Positions 35,658 through 46,300 of a stretch of 64,000 bases of DNA are shown here, piece by piece; the stretch's first letter is position 1; the number at the start of each line of letters is the position of its first letter. The notes under the pieces are model-generated. The model was not told the origin of the DNA. It did not search any database and saw only the letters and a list, made by a program, of their open reading frames with translations. This DNA is from Macrostomum lignano (Eukaryota). The translations under genes and the position numbers were made by a program. The DNA is taken from positions 1-64,000 of the forward strand of contig NIVC01002639.1 of NCBI GenBank assembly GCA_002269645.1, in the 5' to 3' direction.

Positions 35658-36146
35658 ATGGTGCAGCTGTTCTACTACGAACAAGTCGGCCGCCGTTGCG
35701 TCAAGCTGCTGCAGCCAAGCGGCGGGGGCAGCAGCAGCGGCCAGGACCGCCAGCCAGTGAAGGTGCTGCTGCACCCTGAGGAGGGCGGTGGCTGCCTCGG
35801 GCTCAACGCCTACTGGCTGCTCCGCTTTCCCTGGTTCACCAGGCGGCTCTGCCGGGTCACGGAGGTCAGCGGCGGCCTCAAACGCCGAGCAGGCTGGGCT
35901 ACGGTGGCCCACTCGGATGACGGCGGCTGCGTGTCCATTGCCGGCCGGCTGAAGCAGAAAGTCAAGCAGCAGCAGCAGCAGCAGTTTCTGGCAGGCAGCA
36001 GCGGCAATTTCCTGTTGCGCCTCACCTCGAGCGTGTCGGACGCGGACTTTCACCGGGGCTACAGCCTGACCGGCTGGCTGGAGTCTGGGCGGGGTCGGCA
36101 GAGGCAGGTGACACACCTGGCCATGGTGAAGCGGCCAGGTTACTGA
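35658..36146 (+). CDS. Uncharacterised 162-aa protein (MVQLFYYEQ...THLAMVKRPGY)
   Basis: GC3-rich non-repetitive ORF. Acceptor at 35576, possible non-coding exon ending at the donor at 34907, AATAAA at ~36662. No family recognised. Confidence 0.7.
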   Translation: MVQLFYYEQVGRRCVKLLQPSGGGSSSGQDRQPVKVLLHPEEGGGCLGLNAYWLLRFPWFTRRLCRVTEVSGGLKRRAGWATVAHSDDGGCVSIAGRLKQKVKQQQQQQFLAGSSGNFLLRLTSSVSDADFHRGYSLTGWLESGRGRQRQVTHLAMVKRPGY

Positions 36147-36284
36147 GAGCGACTTGAGCTGCTCGCAATGCGCACAGATTCGGTAAATCCCGAAGCACCA
36201 CCCTGATTGGCTAGTTTGGGCCTGTCACTTTCATTTTAGAAGCGTCTTGGGACCCTTTACAGGTCCCTTATTGGACCTGTCACA

Positions 36285-36620
36285 CGCCCATCTTGAGCCT
36301 GTCACACGCCCATTTTGAGCCTGTCACACTGGCATCTTAGCCTGTCACACTGCCATCTTGAATCTGTCACGCTGCCATCTTTAGCCTGTCACACTGGCAT
36401 CTTAAACCTGTCACACTGCCATCTTGAGCCTGTCACACTAGCATCTTGAGCCTGTCACACTGCCATCTTGAACCTGTCACACTGCCATCTTGAACCTGTC
36501 ACACTAGCATCTTGAGCCTGTCACACTGCCATCTTGAACCTGTCACACTGCCACCTTGAACCTGTCACACTGCCACCTTGAACCTGTCACACTGCTCTCC
36601 TAAGCCTGTCACACTCCCTG
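36285..36620. repeat. ~22-bp minisatellite (cctgtcacactgccatcttgaa)
   Basis: Direct tandem units in the probable 3' UTR of the 162-aa gene. Confidence 0.93.
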
Positions 36621-37691
36621 TCACCTTGGCCCTTTTGGTCTGTAAAAGCATGGATTAAATGAATAAAAGTTTTACTCATTGCAGCACTCAAGTCCTCGTT
36701 TTATTGAAGCTTCTTTCTAATGCGGTTTTTCTGTATCAGCTGACAACTGTTTTCCGCGAACTGGGTGAATCATGTTTATTCTTTTAGCGTGTGAACTGCT
36801 AGTGCTCGCATGATTACGACTATATATTTAAATTTGTTATAAATTGATTTCAATATTAAACTGAAGCGGCATATCGAATAGCGTCAGAATTGCAGTGCAT
36901 ATCAATTGGTTTACCCGACTACCTCAATAGGCTTAATACAATGAAACAAAGGCCTTTTTAACAGTACTCTTTGTTGCGAAATATTCGTTTCGAATATCGA
37001 ATGTTTCCCATGCAAATAAATACCCAACTAATTAACGCGTCTTTTTTGTTCGAAAGTACACCTCGGAAAAATGATTCGAGCCTGAGACTGCAGTTTGCAT
37101 TCGCGAATTAATTGCCGAACTGGGCCTTCGCCCGAGGGCTTTGGGTTCGAACCCCCCTCCCCCCAACCCCCAGACCCTCAGGGAGTCGCAGAATGCAAAT
37201 TCAATGCAGACTTTCTGTGGATCCTGAAATTTTTCCACCGATTTGAGTCCTCCCAGCAACTACAGCAGAGTTGGGGGGGGGGGATGAGCATTACACTCCC
37301 GACTCCGGTGCTGGACAAGATGGCTAATTTGATTAACTTTTCTCTCTCTCTATTGCCATCCCAGACAAGCCAAATCCCGCCCGAATTAGGCGCCCCGGTC
37401 CCCAGGGGCGGGGAGTTTTGCATATCGGAATCGATGCCTCAGGGTCATTCCGTTGAGACGTGCTCGGCCAGCCGTCTATGGCCCAACTTGGAATCGAATA
37501 GTTCAGTACTAAAGAGCCAGGAGCGCACTGCTAAAAAAGCATTATAGCTAACTTGTTAATAAAAGTCTGAAAAGTATTAGACTTTAACTAAGTTTAGCGG
37601 CAAACAGCCGAAGCCAGAACTTGCACCAGCCAAGCACAGCAGTGGAGGCCCAGCAGAGTGAGCGGCCAGCTTTACTTTCTCAGTTGTCGTC

Positions 37692-39539
37692 ATGCAGTCG
37701 ATACAGAAGCCGCAGGTGCCGAAGGTCTACCGGCTGCAGATCGAAGGCGTCGGCGCCTCGGCAGGCGAGTACGCGTACACCGCCATCCGGCCGTACTTCC
37801 CCGCCCTGCACCCCAACACGCTGTGGATCATCAACCGCGTGCGCTCGGGCGACGCCACGCCTTTGGTGAACATTCTGAAGACCCGAGAGCGGATGAACAT
37901 CTTCTTCAAGTACATGTACTTTCAAATCTTGGACAAGCCGTCGCTCTACAATCCAAAGTCGCCCATGGACCGGCCGATGTTCAACGAGAAGGCCTACCTG
38001 TTTCTCAACATCTTCTCGGTGGCGCTCTACTTCAAATGCGAGACAATCGTTCGCGTCCTGGCGCCGATTCGGGTTGGCAAAATCGACAACGCGGCCAGCT
38101 ACGAGGCCATGAGCGAGGTGTCCATTCCGCAGTACGCCACCTACGTTCACGACCACTCGTTTGGCGACCTCATCACTTTCAACATCCCCACGATCATGAT
38201 GCGTAGGGAGGCCTATTTCGCCATCCCGTCGCTGTTCCGTTTCGGCTCTTGGGCGCCGCGCAGCCAGTTCTGCATCTACTATTTCCGGCGGAACTACAAT
38301 TTCTCTAGGAAATTCAGCGACTGGATGGAATACGCCTGGTCGCTGCTAGACGAACGGCCCTACACGAAAATCTCTATGCTAGTTAACATGCTCAACAAGG
38401 CTGCTCACGTCAATTTCTACCTGGGCGACAAAGTGTTCTACCAGCCCATTAACTGTCGCTATTATAACGCTCCGTGGGCTTCGCCAGATCAGGACGAACG
38501 GGCGGTGATTGTGTATCGGTCCTACCCGCGCCGCATGCTGTGCAAACTCTTCCTGCACAAGGACCCGTTGAGAATCATGCCCCAGATCATACCGTTTGTT
38601 CGCGTCTTCCAGAAGGAGCGCTACTTTGTGTCGCAGACGTCAAAATCGCTCAATCCAGAATTTCGATTGGTGATTCTCAGCAGCCTGGAGGAGCGCTTCA
38701 TCAACCTGTCGCCCATAGTGAACTCCACCGAAATCAATTCGTCTGACTACGTTGAGCAGAACGGCCACAAGACGTCTATCTACGATTACGACAACATTCT
38801 CGCCTTGCTGCACTACTTCCTGGTGCTGGCCGCCGACAGAAATGTCGAATCGCTGAAGCACAGCATCATCCACCTCATCATGGACATCCTGACAGACACC
38901 AGCCTGTTGTACGTCTTCTCCAAGGAGCCCGCTGTAAACATCTCCTACTACATGTCGCACCTTATCGACGGTCCGTTCATCCAGCCGAACGATCTGCAGC
39001 ACATGCTGAGGAACATCCCAACTCTGCTGATGTCGTCCACTGTCGCCGACAAGAGTTTCCCGCCGTTCCTGCAGACCTCTGGCAGCAAGTACGACAAGCA
39101 GCAGCCAGCCGCCACCGAGCTGTTCAAGAACAAGCTGCCCCGGCTGTGGGAGCGCGGCCGCTTTGCCAAGGCCATCCAGCAGATGATGAAGTATCGAATC
39201 GATCTGGACGACAAAGCCGGCGTCACCACGCTGGAGTACTGCAAGTGGAAGAACGAGTACCTGGAGGCCAGGCTGCGCCTCAGCATGCAGACCATGAACC
39301 AGGAGCAGCAGACCATCCCGGCCGAGCGGGTGGACCAGCGCCTCACCTCCGACGACGAGGGCGGCACGCACGGCTCGTCCAGGGGCTGGCGGGCCTATCC
39401 GCCCAGCTACTTCAGGGACGCCAAAGAGTTCATGGTTAAAAAGCAGAAGGACGCCACCAAGGTGAAGAAGAAGGCCAGGAAGAATTTCATCGACCTCTGG
39501 ACAATAGACGAGCTAGAGGTGAAGAAGTCAGCCAAGTGA
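37692..39539 (+). CDS. Uncharacterised intronless 615-aa protein
   Basis: Uninterrupted 1848-nt non-repetitive ORF with strong GC3 bias. Pyrimidine tract plus AG (tttactttctcag) ends 8 nt before the ATG. Lys-rich C-terminus. No family recognised. Confidence 0.88.
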   Translation: MQSIQKPQVPKVYRLQIEGVGASAGEYAYTAIRPYFPALHPNTLWIINRVRSGDATPLVNILKTRERMNIFFKYMYFQILDKPSLYNPKSPMDRPMFNEKAYLFLNIFSVALYFKCETIVRVLAPIRVGKIDNAASYEAMSEVSIPQYATYVHDHSFGDLITFNIPTIMMRREAYFAIPSLFRFGSWAPRSQFCIYYFRRNYNFSRKFSDWMEYAWSLLDERPYTKISMLVNMLNKAAHVNFYLGDKVFYQPINCRYYNAPWASPDQDERAVIVYRSYPRRMLCKLFLHKDPLRIMPQIIPFVRVFQKERYFVSQTSKSLNPEFRLVILSSLEERFINLSPIVNSTEINSSDYVEQNGHKTSIYDYDNILALLHYFLVLAADRNVESLKHSIIHLIMDILTDTSLLYVFSKEPAVNISYYMSHLIDGPFIQPNDLQHMLRNIPTLLMSSTVADKSFPPFLQTSGSKYDKQQPAATELFKNKLPRLWERGRFAKAIQQMMKYRIDLDDKAGVTTLEYCKWKNEYLEARLRLSMQTMNQEQQTIPAERVDQRLTSDDEGGTHGSSRGWRAYPPSYFRDAKEFMVKKQKDATKVKKKARKNFIDLWTIDELEVKKSAK

Positions 39540-40224
39540 GGCTTCGCACAGGCTCTACAAATGAAGAGATTTGCTGGAGGGACAAAGGTTTTCGCTTTTA
39601 TCAGCCTAACAAAAACGCAGGTGCTAAAAAGTTGAGTCATTGTTTACATTTTTTGAGCATTACTTTTTTCGCACAATATTCTTTTTTGTTTTTCCGGAAC
39701 TTTGTTTCTACTTGGTTCAGAGATTTTTTTGCAAACACGTCAGCGCAAATCAGTTTAAACTTGGTGTTGGCGCCTCACCAGTTACCTGTACTTACCTTTT
39801 GGCGCTAACAAGCCCTAAGCTTTAATGGACCTGAGTATAGTTCTCCGACACCACCTGCCCCACCCCTTTTGCTAATAAAAGAGTCGTCAGCAAAAAAGCA
39901 GAAAAAGGAACACAAATAAAAGGAAGCCGAAAGGAAACAGGCAATAACTTTGCTTTACTAGTACTGCCGTGACCTCTTTGTGTCTTAGTCATTTTCAAAC
40001 TGTTCATTTAAGTATTTCGCGGAACATTTAGTGCAGTACAATCTTATTATTAAAAAGTTTATTATCTTCTGTTTCAAATTGCATTCGTGCGTTTTGCTGA
40101 CGGAGAAATTCAACAAATCAAAATTCGCAGGCAGTTTGCTGCACTAGTGCAGCAGTGTCAGATTCAACAGCAGGTAGCGATTCTGTGAGCACGGTGTTGC
40201 ACATCTACAAGAATAAAAGTCCAA

Positions 40225-40274
<50 letters not shown>

Positions 40275-40346
40275 GAGAGAGTCCAGATCAATGAGTGAGA
40301 GAGTCCGGATCAATGAGAGAGTCCATGGATGAACAAGCCCAAATCG

Positions 40347-43300
40347 TCACTTCCTTCCGCCGCTGCCCTCCCAGAGCAGCCTGCTGTGCTCCTCCTTGGA
40401 GACGCCCAGCAGTTTCCGCTGTCGCTCGATGTTGGCCGGCTGAAAGTCGCGCGGATTGCTGCTCTCTTCGGATTCGATCACCGTGCCCAGACTCTGTAGT
40501 GAAAAGCGGTTTTTCTGATTTCGTCATTTATTAGCGTCCATCAGGCCAGCTTGACCCAGAGACAGCTTGACCCACAGGACAGCTTGACCCACAGGCAGCT
40601 TGACCCACAGGACAGCTTGACCCACAGGACAGCTTGACCCACAGACAGCTTGACCCACAGACAGCTTGACCCACAGGCAGCTTGACCCACAGACAGCTTG
40701 ACCCACAGACAGCTTGACCCACAGACAGCTTGACCCACAGGCAGCTTGACCCATAGGCAGCTTGACCCACAGACAGCTTGACCCACAGGACAGCTTGACC
40801 CACAGACAGCTTGACCTACAGACAGCTTGACCCACAGACAGTTTGAACCACAGACAGCTTGATCTACAGACAGCTTGACCCACAGGCAGCTTGACCCACA
40901 GGCAGCTTGACCCACAGACATCTTGACCTACAGACAGCTTGACTAACAGGACAGCTTGACCCACAGGCAGCTTGACCCACAGACAGCTTGACCTACAGAC
41001 AGCTTGACTAAGAGGACAGCTTGACCCACAGGACAGCTTGACCCACAGGCAGCTTGACCCACAGACAGCTTGACCCACAGACAGCTTGACCCACAGGCAG
41101 CTTGACCCATAGACAGCTTGACTCACAGGCAGCTTGACCCACAGGACGGCTTGACCCACAGGACAGCTTGACCCACAGACAGCTTGACCCACAGACAGCT
41201 TGACCCACAGGCAGCTTGACCCACAGACAGCTTGACCCACAGACAGCTTGACCCACAGACATCTTGACCCACAGGCAGCTTGACCCATAGGCAGCTTGAC
41301 CCACAGACAGCTTGACCCACAGGCAGCTTGACCCACAGACAGCTTGACCTACAGACAGCTTGACCCACAGACAGCTTGAACCACAGACAGCTTGATCTAC
41401 AGACAGCTTGACCCACAGGCAGCTTGACCCACGGGCAGCTTGACCCACAGACATCTTGACCTACAGACAGCTTGACTAACAGGACAGCTTGACCCACAGG
41501 CAGCTTGACCCACAGACAGCTTGACCTACAGACAGCTTGACTAACAGGACAGCTTGACCCACAGGCAGCTTGACCCACAGACAGCTTGACCCACAGACAG
41601 CTTGACCCACAGGCAGCTTGACCCATAGACAGCTTGACCCACAGACATCTTGACCTACAGACAGCTTGACTAACAGGACAGCTTGACCCACAGGCAGCTT
41701 GATCCACAGACAGCTTGACCTACAGACAGCTTGACTAACAGGACAGCTTGATCTACAGACAGCTTGACCCACAGGCAGCTTCACCCACAGACAGCTTGAC
41801 CCACAGAGAGCTTGACCCACAGAGAGCTTGACCTACAGACAGCTTGACCCACAGGCAGCTTGACCCACAGGCAGCTTGACCCACAGGCAGCTTGACCCAC
41901 AGACAGCTTGACCCACAGACAGCTTGACCCACAGACAGCTTGACCCACAGAGAGCTTGACCCACAGGCAGCTTGACCCACAGCAGCTTGACCCACAGGAC
42001 AGCTTGACCCACAGGACAGCTTGACCCACAGGACAGCTTGACCCACAGACAGCTTGACCCACAGAGAGCTTGACCTACAGACAGCTTGACCCACAGAGAG
42101 CTTGACCTACAGACAGCTTGACCCACAGGACAGCTTGACCTACAGACAGCTTGACCCACAGCAGCTTGACCCGCTCACCCAGGAGAAAAAGGCGGCAGCG
42201 GCAGCGCTACTCTGGATGACTTCCTCCTCGCTGTAGGGCGCCAGCATCACTTTCGCCCTGGCGGCGATGCTGGGGTGCAGGCCGGAGGCTGGGCTGAACT
42301 GGGCGATGCGCTGCTGCATGCTCGTCTTGCCAGTGGGATTCAGGTAGCGGAGGCACTTCTGCCAGCTCTGGTTTGGGAGCATCAAAAGTTTGATTCATAT
42401 TGATTTATTTTTCATCTCTGCTTTTGTGCGAAAAGTGTTAAACTTTTGCGGATAGGATAGATGGGGTTTGATTTCACAATAATTTGAGGTTCACGAAAGG
42501 AATTCTGCTGGCATGAGTGGCACATGCGGCTACACCTGCTCCAATTAGGGCAGATGTGAAACCGACAGCTCAGCCGCAGTTATTGCGCGGCGCATCTGAA
42601 GGCTGCGTACGGCTGTTCAGTCCAAGGAATGGGGGGTCGCCACACACCCTCAATTACCCCAGCTAATGCTGGCACCCATTTTACAGCTGGGTGAACTGAA
42701 GCAATGCAGAGTTAAGCTTCTTGCTCAAGGACACAAATTGTTTCAGTGAGATCGGGAATCGAACCCACGACCTCTAACCATTAGACTACAACCCATGTAT
42801 AAATCAGTCTATTGAAGGAACTGCCTATTAAAGCTGCCCCTCTCACGTTGGTTCGCTTCTCGTATTCGCCGAGCAGAAGCAGGGTGGCCCGCACCGTGTC
42901 AACGATGGCCTGCTTGGGATTGACGTAGGCCCGCAGTTCGGCCACGGCCTTGCCATCCAGGCTGAGCACCCGCTTGTAGAGCCGCTCCATTCGGTCCACT
43001 CGGACCAGGGCGGCGGCGGCTTCGCTCAGCAGGGGGTGCGACTCCTTCAGCAGGCCGGTCTTTCTGGCCCGATCCAGGGCGGCCCGGAGCGGCCCAGCGG
43101 CCCGCTGGCTTAGCGATTGAGCCGATGCCGAGGCCAGGTCTGCGGTTGGAAAAATGGGGGCGAATAATCAAATGGCGACGCGATTTGAGTGCACTTTTAC
43201 CGAGGTTCGCCTCCGTATTGGCTTGAAAATTGATTGTCTTGGGAAATATCTAGAACCATGAGTTACTGGGTCAGGGTCATGCTTGATTTCGGCTGGGTCA

Positions 43301-46300
43301 TGCTTGATTTCAGTTGGGTCATGCTTGATTTCAGTTGGGTCATGCTTGATTTCAGTTGGGTCATGCTTGATTTCAGCTGGGTCATGCTTGATTTCAGTTG
43401 GGTCATGCTTGATTTCAGTTGGGTCATGCTTGATTTCAGTTGGGTCATGCTTGATTTCGGCTGGGTCATGCTTGATTTCAGCTGGGTCATGCTTGATTTC
43501 GGTTGGTCATCCTTTATTCCGGTTGATTTCGATTGGGTCATGCTTGATTTCAGTTGGGTCATGCTTGATTTCAGTTGGAGTCATGCTTGATTTCAGTTGG
43601 AGTCATGCTTGATTTCAGTTGGAGTCGTGCTTGATTTCAGTTGGGTCATGCTAGATTTCAGTTGGGTCATGCTAGATTTCAGTTGGGTCATGCTAGATTT
43701 CAATTGGGTCATGCTAGATTTCAGTTGGGTCATGCTAGATTTCCGAGTTCACAAAGGTTACAGAGCCAACTCACCCTTCTTTATGCCGGTGATTCGCACA
43801 GTTCTCTCCGCCAGTTCCACCAGCTTTTCGTCCTGAATCTCCAGTTCGCGAAGTCGGTCCAGTCCGCGCCCGATGCCTTCCAGATCTTCTTGCCGGATGG
43901 CGGCGCGAAGGCGCGACTTTGCCACGCGGACAGCGGCGTCTCGAGCGATCTGTTCGCGCTTAGCGCGCTCCTCGGGATCGGCGGAGCTGCCTGCCTTGCC
44001 GAGCTGGATCTTGGCCTTGAATGAATGTACATATTTCAAGGATTAGAGAAAACAGCCGACGTACGTTAAAAAGGATTCCTGTACCCCTGCTTTATCTCGA
44101 CTTTGGCTTGCAAGGTTTGGCAAGACGCACGCACGAGGCTATGAACTATGTCTGGGTGGGGAGAAAGCTCCAATGTACAGTTAAGGGTAGAATGAAAGAT
44201 AACGAATGTACATCCAGAGGGCTAAATTCCTGCCAGTCTTGATTTCAGCTACGAGGCAAAAAAATGAACTAATTCATGCCAGAGGTCGAGGCCCAGGTAA
44301 AGAAAGACTTCATTGTACAGTCAAGGGGTAGAGCGGAAGGTAACGAATGTACATCTAGAGAATGAGAGGGATAGGCAGTTAAATCCTGTCTGCTTTGTTT
44401 ATCTCAAATTTTGCTTGTGGCGTTTATTAAATAGTGTACATGTCTAGCGGTCTGTGGGGGGAGAGAAAACTTTAATGTACAGTCAAGGGGTAGAGCGGAA
44501 GGTAACGAATGTACATCTAGAGAGGGATTGACAGTAAAATCCTACCCGCTTTAATTTGTTTATCTCAAATTTGGCTTGCGAGGTTTAGCAATGAGGCTAT
44601 AAATAATGTACACGTCGAGCGGTCGGGGAGAGAGAGAAAACTTTAATGTACAGTCAAGGGGTAGAGTGCAAGATAACAAACGTACATCCAGAGGAAAGAA
44701 AGTAAATATTTTTTAATTGCCCAAGCTGGCCTAAGGCTTTGGCTAATACGAATATAATAAATGAGCTACAAGGCCAGAGACTCATTTTCGTTCATGTTTA
44801 TGATAGTTCAATGCATCTTACCTGTTCTTCAATATCAGCCAGAGTCGCTTCATCAAGGTCCATCGCTTCGTCGTCTCCATCCTCGGCCTCTCTTAAGACG
44901 CGAATTCTCTCTTCGGCGAGTACCTCGTCCAGAGTCCGGGCCTGTTCGCGCACCATCTGCTCAAGCTGGACCAGGCGCTCCTCGTAGGCTGCGTTCTGTT
45001 TGCGGCAATACTCTAGCAGCTCCTGCCATTCGTCCCTGCGCTTCTGCGCGTCCGCCTCCGCCTTGGCGTCAAGGACCTGCGAGCGGCGGCGAATGGGTTT
45101 GGAGACGTTGAAGCAGAGAAGAGAGAGTCTAAATGAAGGCAGCGAATCCAAATGAAAGGAGAGAACCAAATTAATGGAGCGAATCAAAATGGAGGGAGAA
45201 AACTCCAAATATTCAAATGAAGGGAGAGAAACTCAAATAAAGGAAGAGAAACTCCAAATGAAAAGAGAGAAACTCAAATACTCGTAAAGGAAAAGAAACT
45301 CCAAATGAAAAGAGAGAAACTCAAATACTCGTAAAGGAAAAGAAACTCCAAATGAAAAGAGAGAAACTCAAATACTCGTAAAGGAAGAGAAACTCCAAAT
45401 GAAGAGAAAGTAACTCAAATAAAGGAAGAGAAACTCCAAATAAAGGAAGAGAAACTCCAAATGAAGAAAGAGAAACTTCAAATGAAGGGAGCGAATCCAA
45501 ATGAAGGGAGAGAAACTGCAAAAGAAGGGAGCGAATCCAAATGAAGGAAGCGAATCCAAATGAAGGGAGAGAAACTTCAAAAGAAGGGAGCGAATCCAAA
45601 TGAAGGGAGCGAATCCAAATGAAGGGAGAGAAACTTCAAAAGAAGGGAGCGAATCCAAATGAAGGAAGCGAATCCAAATGAAGGGAGAGAAACTTCAAAA
45701 GAAGGGAGCGAATCCAAATGAAGGGAGCGAATCCAAATGAAGGGAGAGAAACTTCAAAAGAAGGGAGCGAATCCAAATGGAGGGAGAGAGTCCAAATGAG
45801 AGTGCAAGAGAGACTTCAAATAGCAAACCCAAGCCAGGTGATCAGGTTCCAGCGACCTATTCGCTACCTGAACCTTTTTTGTACCTGAAACTGCATGAGC
45901 GGCCCGGCCACGGATCCGGCCACATCGTCCGGGTCGGGCAGGGCGGACAGAGTCCAGACTCCGCCAGGCGGCCCGGCATCGATGGTGGACTTCCAGTAGA
46001 CTGGATTGTCCGCATCCCGCTGCAGGTAGAACATCAGCAGCTGGGGCCGCTCGACCCGCAGCTGCAGCTGGCCGAACTTCACTCGCCGATCGGCTTTGAC
46101 CACAATCTGCACGTACCGGCCGGCCTCCAGCTGGCTGCTGTCTGGCGACATCAGCCGGAAGCCGCGCTGCCAAAGCGGCGTTGGCCGAGGGAACGGCGTA
46201 GCGTCAACGTACGGCTCGCCGTTGAATTTGATGACGTAATTGCACAGGTGTCGGACCTCCCTAAGGTTTTTTGACAGCGTTGACTTGCATTAAATAGCAG

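Noticed and set aside
37095-37547. 150-aa ORF upstream of the 615-aa gene
   Set aside because: No codon bias, homopolymer G/C runs, no recognisable motif.
40524-43612. Periodic ORFs such as GSSCLWVKLSVGQAV and WVMLDFS
   Set aside because: Intronic arrays of the KY-like gene, whose exons splice in phase without them.
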